A stretch of DNA of 64,000 nucleotides. It comes from Antedon mediterranea. Lineage: Eukaryota > Animalia > Echinodermata. This document shows positions 52,413 to 64,000 of the stretch, one piece after another (the stretch's first letter is position 1; the number at the start of each line of letters is the position of its first letter). A program made the position numbers and the translations under genes. Under the pieces are notes generated by a model. It searched no databases. It was not told the origin of the DNA and saw nothing but the letters and a program-made list of their open reading frames with translations. Location of the stretch: positions 21,965,365 to 22,029,364 of the forward strand of contig NC_092678.1 of NCBI RefSeq assembly GCF_964355755.1. Reading direction: 5' to 3'.

Positions 52413-52640
52413 AATTTTCTTTTTATTTCATATCGTTCGTACGTCCGATGTTGCTTGATAGGCGGGCGGCGGCGGGAAGGATGAACAGTGGATATTGTCT
52501 CTGATTGGTCAGTAGTTCATTGTCGAAACAGGTGAATTATCGTCTGATTTTACGACGCCCTCTCTCGATAATTCTGCAACATTATGAATATGATTATCCA
52601 TGCGCGTACGTGTTACGATAACGTCAAAAACCAGATATAA
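52413..52640 (-). promoter_or_regulatory. CpG-rich promoter-like region with candidate non-coding first exon
   Basis: CCAATCAG (minus, 52501-08), GGGCGGCGGCGGG, local CpG enrichment, donor ATT/GTAAGT at 52412. Confidence 0.5.
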
Positions 52641-52988
52641 AACTGATTTTTTTAGCTCAGTTGATTAACATCGACAGGAAATTCCCACGATATATAAGAA
52701 ATTCTACCTTTTAAGGAACATCGTTATTTATTTCAAAACATCATTAGGCAGTATTTATTTTATAATTGTCTACATATCATCTTCAATATTTTCTACAGTC
52801 ACTATTAATAAGAGCATCTTTTAAAATTGTCTAGAGCCTATTCCCTATGCAGTAACACATAATTATAATAGATGATAATACTATTGGCATTTAAAATAAG
52901 AAGTTTTTTAAAGATTACAAATAGTGTACATTTTTTTTTCTGAAATCTTTAGTTTCAATATAAGTGTACCCTAGGTACATAACACTAA

Positions 52989-53167
52989 AGCGTGGTTGCC
53001 ACTACCGACGCAACGCAAGGACGTAACGGAACGCAAGTGAATTGACCAATCACAAGCGATGGCTTATTCGCTTGTGATTGCTAACTGTCTATAACATCTC
53101 TTGTCATTGGTTAAAACGCTTGCGTTGCGTTTACATCCTTGCGTTACGTTCTAGTGGGAACCAAGCT
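52989..53167. mobile_element. MITE family B (PIF/Harbinger-like)
   Basis: AGCGTGGTTGCCACTA...TAGTGGGAACCAAGCT, TAA duplication; relatives near 35247-35360, 39790-39975 and 54770-54912. Confidence 0.85.
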
Positions 53168-56100
53168 TAATATGAACTTTCTTATCCTTTCACTATTTTG
53201 TATTCCTACCTGTACCTTTATACCACCAAAATAAAAGCGATACAAACGCACTATCGGAGGCTAACAAGCTCCCAGCAGCAGGCTGAACAGACCTGAACTT
53301 ATTAAATAGTCTATTCAGATAGGGCCCAGAAATTTGGACTAACGGTTTTATTTATAATCATTTATTACCCAAAGTGATAATTAAATTAATATGGTAATTC
53401 ATATAAATTGATTTAAACACTAAACACCAATATAAAACGGGAAATATCAGTAATGATTGTTTAGGGATCAAAATTAGAAGTAAAACTTGTCTTACAATGA
53501 CCCCTAAAATAATAATAATAATTAAAACAAAATAAGAACGGTACCGTATAAATAAACACATACAACGCATAAAATGAAATAAATATAATTGTAATTTGCC
53601 TAAGAAATTAAACTTTATTTTTAACCTATTTGTATGCAGGCGTACTTCACAACCATCGCGTAATTTATGCCTTACGTACGTATGTCTTCTTGAAAACATA
53701 ATTTTAATTTTTGTTTCTCAGACAATTGAAGTTAAAACAAATGAGGAGTAATTAAACCTTGATTGAATTACAATAACTTTCGAGTGACTGATTTCCCAAT
53801 CGTCTTTGTAAAGGAGACACTCGTTTATTAGGGGTATTATTTGCTCTCGTTCGTTTCACTGAAAAGTGTCCCCTTAAAAAGAGTAGTCCCAAAGGAGGGG
53901 TTCGACTTTAGGGCCTATGTTTTAATACTATAAAACTATATCTTTTATGATTCTGCGTGAATTGTAGATATTTAAAGTAATTGAACGTTACAAATTCCAA
54001 ACACACACAGCATACGCGTGCCGCCAAAAGACGTACTCGCGGGAAATACAAAGTGGAAATGAATAAGTCATGATTTGTGATAACACTAATATTTCTTAAT
54101 AACTCTTATAGCCTTCTGACTGCGACAGATATAATAGCCTTATATTGGTGCATTCTATACAGCTTGTCATAGAATTTGTTTATAGATATGTTGAACAATT
54201 GCTGGAAAGATCATAGAAAGTTCTTGTTCGTTCGTTAAGATAAGATTCCCCGGGGGTGTGTATGTATGCCTTTTTAGTGAGCTGACGACTATTAAATATA
54301 ATGACATAATGACAATATCAATAGATGTGTCAACAAATCATAAACCAATAGACCTAGTTTGCATCCTTCATAAAAGAAATATGTTTTAACTATACACTGA
54401 TCACGGCATGGCATGACGACCAAGGGTAGGCCTATGTGGGTGAATGATTTTTCAGGGTATAACCAACGTCTATCGTATAGTCAACAACACAAGCTGTGAA
54501 TATCTCTTGTTTTTGGTACCAGGCACGTTAATAATAGACCTATAATTGTTATGTGTCCGGAAGGGTACTTTGTCATCTGGTTTTATATGGAGTTTTCGTC
54601 CTATTCCGTAAGCGCCTCGCCTAACTAAAACTTATGGATCAGTCACTGCCTTACACCTCTGAAACAAATACTTCCGATATATTTTTTTTTCTTTCAATAA
54701 TAAATTCCGGTTGAAATTGAATGCTATGAAATATAATTATTTCTATTTATAGAAACATTACACGAGGAAACGAAACCCCACTAGAACGCAACACAAGGAC
54801 GTAAGCCGCAACGGAAGCGAATTGACCAATCACAATCCATTGCTTTTGATTGGTCAATTTGCTTGCGTTGTGGCTACGTCTTTGCGTTGCGTCCTAGAAT
54901 GGGAACCAAGCTTTTCCGCGATAGGACTAATATGAAAATTAAATATTTCAGCAAACAAAATAATGTTTAATTTCATATCCTTATAAAAAAAGTTATTGAA
55001 ATATAGAATAAATGAGAACTGAATTGTAATAAATGATATATTTTGACAGCTGTATGTAATCTATGTATAAAATGTTGACATATAAAACAAACTTATATCT
55101 TGTTATGTTGATGAATGGAAACGTACGATGAAGTATGGAATGACAGACGAAACAAAAAACCTATCATCGAAATACTTCTGACCAATGTACAAAATAACAG
55201 CTGTATATGATATGCATCCATGGGAACTATCAAAATTATAAAATGAAGGAATTTATTCAGAGTGTAATTAATATTAATGCTGGGAATCCATTCCCGGCTC
55301 AAAAATATTAGGGCCTTGATAAAAGACATATACGGTAATAGAAACTTTACATTGTTGGCAAAGGAAGGAAGATTTTTTCTATATTAAGCTCTGTCTACAC
55401 TATCACACTTTATGTGATAACAAAAATGTGATGTGCCCATATATAGACATGATGATGTCACTACCATATTTGGGCACATCACTACCACATTTGGGCACAT
55501 CACAATTTAGACCGATGAAATAGCCAAAAGCGGAAACCTGATATAATCATAATCATTCTCTGTAATCCCAAATTTATTCTATATTAAACCACCGAATGTC
55601 TGTTAAAGCTAAAATTGATTTTCAGTTGAAAATATTCCAATGCCTAGTAATTAACGAATATTTTGTCCCCAACAAGATTCAGATGTTAAAATATTATGTT
55701 TATTGTCTGTTTATCTAGAAATAAATTTGGCACAATGAATAGGATGCAGTACAAATTTGCCTCTCGGCCACGTCAATTTAATGTACACCCTACAATGTAC
55801 ATCCTAATGAAACCCATTTTATTTCCAAAATGAAAACCTCTTATCTGTAGACAGACGGGTAAATACTTGTTTCCGGAAATCTTTTCTATGAAGGACGCTT
55901 GGGCATGACCACCCCTTCAAAATTAAGAACTGTATATAGCTCGTGTCCACTGCAATAACCTCAGCAAAATACATTCTTTCTCTGTCAACAACAATTACAG
56001 TAGGCACGTTATGGCCTATCCGTATTAGCAGTAAATCTAACAGAGACTACCAATACTCAAACCAAGACCAAATATCTTGTTGAAGTAGGCCTTGTTTGAT

Positions 56101-57314
56101 ACAGTCCTTTGATCTTATGTCTTACAGCGACAAATACCACCAGATACTAATATTCTCCGCGGCGCAGTGTCTGTTAAGGAACTGATCGTGTCGCAGCCAC
56201 AGATAAACCCTTTAATCTTCGGAGCTCAGCATCTTGTTTCTGGGTTGCTCAAACATAAGCCTACTGAAATGTATTGAATCAATTATTTTCTGACTTACTT
56301 TTACTAACAAATATGCCTACAAAAACGTCTCAGTCAATACGTTAAAATAAATACAACGAAAAGAATATCAATATATACAGTTCTACATTGTTGGTTAACT
56401 TTGCTTATGCTTAGCTTTTTATTTCATTATTTTAGGGTAAAAAATATCAACAATATCTTGTTGAAGTAGGCCTTGTTTGATTTGTTCTTTCCACGCCCTA
56501 GAAAACTTGATCATACAGTCATTCTATCCAGGCCTACGCCGTCTATTTTAATACAATTAGTATATATTTTATTAGTATCGACATAATTATCACATTTCCA
56601 CTATCTTAACCCCTGTAAATGACTTACATTCCGACGGATATCATTCAGCCGCCACACAGCGATCTGCATCAGGATAGTCCCCGAGTGCACACACTCTGCA
56701 GTGCGTTCACATCAATTACAGTTAGGCCTAATTGAAGTATTGGTTAGGCCTAAATATGACAATTATGATGGGCGTATCAGGTCGATTTGCGTAAATATAT
56801 CTAATTTGTTTGCCTGTTAAATAAATCTAATCATTACACAGTTATTATAACCTTGGGTGTTCATTATTATACATCTGCGTTCGATGTTAAAATGTGATTA
56901 ATTTCATAAAACTATATTTAGGACTTGCCAATTTGTCATAGAAGTTATTGTTATTAACGATATAGACGATTTAAAAAAATGGACAGAAAGATACTTATTG
57001 ATATTGACAATCATCATGGGCTTAAATAGTACTTTTATTAGTGTGTTTATGCAAATTTTTTATTGTTTTATTTTCTAATTAGGGTCTTTTCAATGTATCA
57101 AATAATATGTCTAAAACTAGAGCGTGATAATTATGTAATTATCGGATATATCGGATGAGATACATATCGATGGCAGCAGACGATAAGAGCTGTTGCAGAA
57201 AGTTCGGACAGCAGTAACATTGATGCGACCTAGTCAAGCGATGAAAACTGTCGGAAATTTGTATTTGTTTTACTATGGGCGAAATTATTAAAACGGTTTA
57301 ATATGTATATGTAT

Positions 57315-57386
57315 GGCTCTGTGGTCTAGTGGTATGATACTCACCCTGTAAGCGAGTGGTCGCAGGTTCGAATCCCGCCAGAGACA
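57315..57386 (+). pseudogene. tRNA-Pro-like pseudogene or SINE head
   Basis: GGCTCTGTGGTCTAGTGGTATGAT...GGTTCGAATCCC: intact A and B boxes and cloverleaf spacing, but mismatches in the acceptor, anticodon and T stems and C instead of U33; followed by a T-run. Confidence 0.7.
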
Positions 57387-60300
57387 TTTTTTCATACAAC
57401 TAAAAATTCGAAAATTTCGCCGATGAGCTATGCTCGACGCGATTATGAGATCATGTTCCGAATATGAGCACTGTTTTAGGCCTAAATAATTTAACAGTAT
57501 AATGTATGCATAATTATGTATAAATGTGCACATTTTTGCCATGATTGTTATTTTTATTGCGAAGTTCAATAGGTAAATCTTGATAAATAGTGAACAAATT
57601 TCCTTGGTTTTATGAAGCGCCTCTCGGAAATTGAACCACCGCGACAAAGAGTGAACCACGCGTCAACGAGCTATTTGATATTCTACCAACCACGGTATTA
57701 ATAGGCCTATCGACAAACTAATGTTAATGAATTCCCACCGAACAATGTATTATAGTTTTTGTTTTCTCTCTCACCCAAAGCTTAGGCCTAATTAGTTTCC
57801 GTTGATGTATATGTCTTAAATTGTCTTCACAATGTAATTGATTCCTTTTCCTCAATAAAAATAATGTTATTTTTCGAACCTGTTGTATACCGTGATTTTG
57901 GGAAGTTAATGTTGTTTACAATCATCATTTCTTTGGTTAAAATACACATCGTGAATTCAAACCTAATTTCCTATCACACCGCAGTAAATAGTGTTTCGGC
58001 AGAGTGTGACGCACAGTGTCTCCTGTCGGTAAACACACGGTGCCATTGGTCCAGTAAGACCCGTTATAACGCTCAGATACCGGAGTAATTTAGTCTAGAA
58101 ACGACCATAAAACATCACAGAACTAACATATTGATTATGTTCAATTTAAGGCCACTTGTAGGACGACCAATTTATAGTATCTGTAAGAGGAGCAGGTACA
58201 ATTGACTTGGTAAATAATGGTCCTATATAACCATTCGATAAGTGAGGAACTATATATGGATAAATAAAGTTAGACAATACTACAGTTATCCATGGATAAC
58301 TAATAACACTATGACTATATATTTTATAGTTTCTAATAAGTACTTTTCAAAATTAGTGACGCCTAACCAGGTAGTGAAATTGCATTCAAAATTTTCCCTG
58401 GCATAACAGTATACACAATTACTTATATTTATTTCTCTAATACTTTATTGAAGATGAGGAACAATACCCAAGCCTTTGGTCAAACTATGCCAATAAACCA
58501 CGGTACCGAAAAAAAAACACATTCAGAAATAGTAATGAAGTTATTAATTGGAATTGATTGATCGAATAATTTGGCGTCTCATAGTCTCATTAAGGAACAA
58601 ATCGATCTATTTATTCTGGATTTTTGGTTTTCTTAGAAAAAAATCTGCTTTATAAAATACTTCACCTTGTCAAGTTTGTTTATCAAAGAGATAAAATTAG
58701 CAGTATATTGAGTGATATATTCATTTAAATAAACCGTTAGCCCGCCCTCGGGACATCCACTGATTCAGTAAACTTCATTAAAAAGTCAGAAGTAATTCTA
58801 ACATCTTGATTTAAAAACAAAGATCCGTGAAATCATTTAATTCGCATCTTAATTAGTTTGTTCTACTTTTTATTAGTTATCAGAATTAATAAAACAGTTA
58901 TGCGCTGTATAAAACAATTATTTTCTAGTTGTATTATCATATATGTGTGTGTGTAGGCCTATAACAAGTCTGAATGTAAGTAGTAGTTAGTTAAAATCGT
59001 ACGGTAGTGAAGAACACCACGCAGTAATATCAAAATAGTTTGTGATGTGCCCAAATATGGTAGTGATATGCTTAAATATGGTGGTGATATGCCCAAATAT
59101 GGTAGTGATATGACATCATCATGTCTATATATGGGCACATCACATTTTTTTGTCACATAAAGTTTGATAGTGTAATTTGTAGTTTCTAGGATTAAATACG
59201 CGTCTGTAACTAGATACAATGTGTTACAATAAGTGTGGTTTAAATGTGATTAATTCCAATTTAATTACTTTAGACCAAGTTTCGTATTGCGGATTCCTCG
59301 AAAGGTTTCAACCTTAACAGGTTCGATCACGGTCTTAATTAAAATTCATTAATAAAATAAACCTCAATCAACACACGTAGCGCATAGTTTTACCAATAAT
59401 CTTCATATCTCATCTAAGATATGACTTTCAGAGGGTAAGGCTGATTATCAACTTTCGTCAACGCTAGGCCAAGTTCAATTGATTTTGACGGTTGTCTGTA
59501 GCCAGAGGCCACGCCTTCTGGCACGCTCCGGTCCCGTCAGAATCACGACGTCTTGGTACCAAGCTTTACCTCCTTGAAGCCTATATTTAAAGTATCAGGC
59601 GTTGTTGAATTTGTTCATTAATTTGTACATACACAGGATATTGTTTTTTACAGGTGTAACTCAATTGATATGATTGACATAAAACAGGTCAAAATCTGTT
59701 GTTTCACCTTTGAAAACAAAACTACCACGCACATCAGACGCTGAAACATTGTTGGCAATGACGATGCCTTTTGCAAGAATCATTTTGTAATTTTGTTATG
59801 ATTATACTTATAGGCCTAAGTTTTTAAAATCTGGTTTTGTTTAGTAAATTTACGTTTTATCATTATAGGTTGGCCTAATACCTATATTATCATTAATAAT
59901 TAACTTTCGGAATATGTACATCACACTGTTATAAGATGCCTCAAAGAGACACAGCAATTTCACACGCGCGTTCAAAATCTGATGCCAATTTTACGGCTTT
60001 TGTGTGAACGATTGGTTGGCAATCACAGGCTTCCGTTTCGCATATACTTTAAAACTAACTATCTATTAGCCCTACTAACAAGAAATGAACATACGCCTAG
60101 CAAACCTGGTTTTGGCCCCTGGTAATATCTTTCTCATACGTGCCTTGGATTTTCTTGTTATGATTCAATACGTCTTTAATTTAAAGATGAATGATGACCT
60201 CGACAGACAGACCTACCTACATGACTGAAAAGCCGACTGTGTATTAATAAACAGTAAGCGGAAGAGAGGATTGAAAATGATTGAAAGATGATTTGTTTTT

Positions 60301-60484
60301 AACAAGTTTGTTGGCAATTTCGACACGAGGCGCATCCTCTGATATCATCATTAATTATAAAAAGTATAATATTTTTGATGACAAATTAGGATGACATAAC
60401 ATTTTCTTTCTCCTTGCCACGAAGCTTACACAGGTCAGGACAGTTTATCCATGTCATAGCATGCTTTCAGGGAAGATGGTGTAA

Positions 60485-60645
60485 AGCTCTGTCTGCACTA
60501 TCAAAGATTATGTGACAAAAAATGTGATGTGCCCATAAATGGACATGATGATGTCATATCACTACCATATGTGGGCATATCACTACTATATTTGGGCACA
60601 TCACACCTTTTTTTGTTTAACTAGTTTGATAGTGTAGACAGAACT
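60485..60645. mobile_element. MITE family A copy
   Basis: Both TIRs slightly diverged; two internal 21-bp subrepeats. Confidence 0.88.
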
Positions 60646-61174
60646 AAAGTAAAAAAGGACTGATCTTTTCTTTTACTTTGTCCAAAAGCTTCGTTAAATA
60701 TATTGTGGTGGGTAGGCCTACAGAGAGAACGCTCCTTAGATCGAGTATCTATTAAGGTCCCTAAGAAGGCCTACAGTTAGGCCTACTGTATTACATTCTT
60801 ATGTTTGTAAGGTGCAATAAAGATGTGTGTATTTTATGAACGTAAGCTGGGTAAATACTTAAACATTCCTTACTCTTTAAAGTGGTGATAGCCACAGGCA
60901 AAACCAGTAAACATTCACGAGCCGAGCTAATGTCTTTTACTGCACATGCAATTATTCATTTTTTATAGCACTCGTAATTCTCATGTTTTGCTTGTGAGAA
61001 GAGGAAATTGGCGGCACAGATGTGTAAAAGAATACTGTAACACAAAAGGGCCTCTGTACAAGTAACATAACAGCAAACATACGGGTGTCTTCTGTACAGT
61101 GTGACAAGAAGCCTACGAAACAGGAGAGCATAGTGTATTCATGGAGGTCCTCCATGGTGTATTCCTCTTATAGT

Positions 61175-61490
61175 CAGGTGCCTTAACAACAAAAAATGAG
61201 GAAATCGTTACACGGTGGACAAAATCGCCAAATTTGGCATGGAGCTTCGTTGGGACCTACCAATTGATTTTTTCCTAGGAGCCACTCTGGCCGTAATTTA
61301 TTTTTCAAGATGGCGGCCAAAATCCAAAATGGCCGCCAATAAATTGGAAAATCACATTTCATTTGTTGCAGAAGTCGCATATAGGCAAATGAACTATCAA
61401 AACATAAGTATTCATGGTCATTGAAACATATTTTAGACATGTTGCATGATAAGACCAGATCAGCATTTACACTACAGGTTATGCACACAT
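61175..61490. mobile_element. Probable terminal fragment of a DNA transposon
   Basis: Tandem CAAGATGGCGGCC/CAAAATGGCCGCC motifs typical of invertebrate non-autonomous element subtermini; partner end not seen. Confidence 0.45.
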
Positions 61491-62479
61491 GTATAAAGCT
61501 CTGTCTACACTATCAAATTTTATGTGAAAAGAAAATTTGATTTGATTATGTCATACCATTACCATATGTGGGCATATCACTACCATATTTGGGCACATCA
61601 CAGGTTCTTTTTTTGTCAAACTAGTTTGAACGGCCACGTATTTCAGTTCAGGCCTATTACACGGGTGTAAAAAGGAATCCGGAAAGTTGATATGAACAAT
61701 CTTACTGACAAACACATTTTTAGTAAAAGCTTATGACCGCTAAAAACATGTCCTTTTTAATTTTATTAAATTGTATATCATCGTCTAAATGAGTTTAGTT
61801 GAGATAGGCTCGGTTTTAATTAATTTCCTCCTTTAATGAAGCACAATAAAATAAGGCCACATTGAATCTTGATGATATGTTACGAGTTGAAGACTATTTC
61901 CTATCCTACGTCTGCTTTCGTCAGTTAGACTGGACATCGCGTTAGGTCAATTGAATTTGAATTTGTCTTTTATCGAAAAAAATAAGAAATCACTAAATCC
62001 AAATGTAGTAATGTTTAGTTCAGTAGATGTATTCGACTGGTCCCTCGCATTTCGAAGTGATTTACTCGCACTGCTCAGTTTGCAACAGGAATTTTTTAAA
62101 TAGAGCAGTCGAATACGCATGACACCGTACCAGGAAAACACAAAGTCGATGCGCGCGTACGAAACCCGTAAGAGTATCAAGATTTTAACGCGCACAATTA
62201 AGACCATAGTTATGTATAGCTAGGCCTACACACGATTGACGTACAGTCACTGGTAAATTATTTAAATCAACTGCTCTGTAATACATGAATATACTTTGAA
62301 TTGATAAATTACATTCAGTTTTACATTGCATACATTATCTATTATTAATCTCATATTAAGCCCATACGATGTGGTGATAGTCTCAATGCTGTATTTAAAT
62401 ATTTTAGAGAAACCAATGTTTCTAGTTTTCCTCCAACTATCCACACAGAGAGTTTCCTATTGCAGGCGATACACTAACC

Positions 62480-62847
62480 TCTCTCTGATTGGCTGAACCT
62501 ATTGACAAAGTTGACCAATGAAATTCCAGTACTCATTGGCCGTAAACTTTGTCTGTAAAATAATATACCACACGGTAAAAACACCCATAGTCAGTTACGC
62601 ACGATTGTTGACAGTGTCAGAGCTAGCTAGGCCACCATATTGCCCCGATTATATACACGGATCAGATAATGTGGAAGATTAGGTGATATACTTACATAGA
62701 ATTTCTTTTTTATATTGGACATATTAATTTAAACACAATGCTACTCACAAGAACTTCATGGATTTTTGGAAAATATTGGATTTTATTCTTAACGGTTTTG
62801 TTTGTGGCTGTTAAAGACACGACGGTATACGCTTCATGGATGTAAGT
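62480..62847 (+). promoter_or_regulatory. Candidate promoter and first exon of a gene running off the right edge
   Basis: Three CCAAT/ATTGG boxes at 62486-62540, then ttcATGGAT/GTAAGT at 62836-62847. Confidence 0.4.
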
Positions 62848-62899
62848 AAGCCTATTTCAAAATAGTGGTAACTGTTCAAGTGCTATGACATATTTAAAT

Positions 62900-63287
62900 A
62901 GAGTAGAACCCATCCTTTGGGACACCCCTATTCAGGGTACCGTACATCACTATGGGCTATTAACGGGACATTTCTACGTTTTAACGAACAGGTGAAATAT
63001 TATGTTTACAGTATTTAAATATTTTATTGTGTAAACCCTCTAAATTAAGCTGATCCAAAAAGTACGTATGTTTAATTAATAGAAGCAATTTAATTCGTAT
63101 TTCACTGATAAAGTATAGAGCCCCTAGTATTAAGGATCACCTTCGGGACCTAACAAAGTGTCCCTAAATTTAGCCGTAGTATTAAACTGATATTTTCCCT
63201 CGTTCGTTTTACGGAAAAATGTCCCTATGGGTAGGTATAGCGGGGTATATCTGAATAAGGGTGTCTCTAAGGATGGCTTCTACTGTA
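62900..63287. mobile_element. Tc1/mariner-type MITE (family C)
   Basis: AGTAGAACCCATCC...GGGACACCCCTATTCAGG ... GGGTGTCTCTAAGGATGGCTTCTACTGTA; related decayed copies near 2000-2120, 21340-21500, 30395-30675, 31940-32130, 34280-34338 and 53810-53910. Confidence 0.6.
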
Positions 63288-64000
63288 TGTGTTAATCTGA
63301 GCATAGCATTATATTCCATAGAGAAACAGGTGGATTAAATTAACATAGCGCAGATCACATTCAACTTTCATGTTTTTAAATAGACAGACTTACGTATAAA
63401 ACATAATTTACATAGCGTGACTGCTTATAAGTACATGTTTAAACCAATAATAAACAAGCGACATTGAATTATTAAATTATAGATTATTTCCGTCTACTGA
63501 GTACAATTATCCACTTCCTACACGGTACCAATTCGTTATAGACATATAAGATGGTGTTGGAATGAATACATGGTGCCCCTACGTTTTTGTATTATATTTA
63601 TAAACATAATTTGTTTGACATTTATGTACGGTACACTACGTTCAAGCACGATATAAACCGACATCTATAACATGCATTTGAATATTATACAGGCATTTAA
63701 ACTAGGCCTCGGCCTCTTATTAATAAGATCTGAAATGTCATGTTTATAGGTCGATAACACAAACATTGGGGGGAAAAACGATGCGATTGAGTTATAAGGT
63801 CTGGCATAAACGGCCTAGCCAAAATTAGGCCTAGGCCTAAAGTATTCAGCCCTTGTATTGTATAAAACACCTCACTGGTTACCCAGACGATACAATTATT
63901 ATTAGGAGGCCCAATATGATAAGTCAGGTATTTGCTAATTTACGAGATGGCTCTGAAGGTTATAAACTTATTGATAACGTGACTATGTTATGCGGGAAAT

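Noticed and set aside
1401-59219. Recurrent ORFs with LPYLGISLPYLGT or CDVPKYGS (1401, 33774, 36735, 48854, 48873, 58959)
   Set aside because: Chance translations of MITE family A subrepeats, not a protein family.
61947-62207. 86-aa ORF faintly reminiscent of a MULE/SWIM N-terminal fragment
   Set aside because: Key Cys/His residues are absent; cannot be supported without a profile search.

Overview
AT-rich eukaryotic (metazoan, invertebrate-type) genomic DNA, not prokaryotic; most short ORFs in the track are spurious. I could splice two multi-exon genes by hand with consistent GT-AG phases. On the minus strand is the 5' part of a PPM1H/J/M-type PP2C phosphatase (4 coding exons, 15676 down to 4, continuing off the left edge). 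On the plus strand is a complete 19-coding-exon CPED1-like gene (26332-50591, about 1116 aa): type II membrane anchor, tubulin-tyrosine-ligase-like ATP-grasp, cadherin-like and PC-esterase domains. A small Ig-domain type I membrane protein gene with an intronless CDS (5549-6088) lies antisense inside a phosphatase intron. The rest is dense in non-autonomous DNA transposons: about 21 copies of one PIF/Harbinger-type MITE, plus hAT-, Kolobok-, P-like and Tc1/mariner-type elements, tRNA-derived SINE heads and tandem repeats. Comparing paralogous repeat copies shows recurrent TA to TACAGTA/TACTGTA insertions matching Tc1/mariner excision footprints. Two orphan promoter/first-exon candidates lie near 52.4 kb (-) and 62.8 kb (+).
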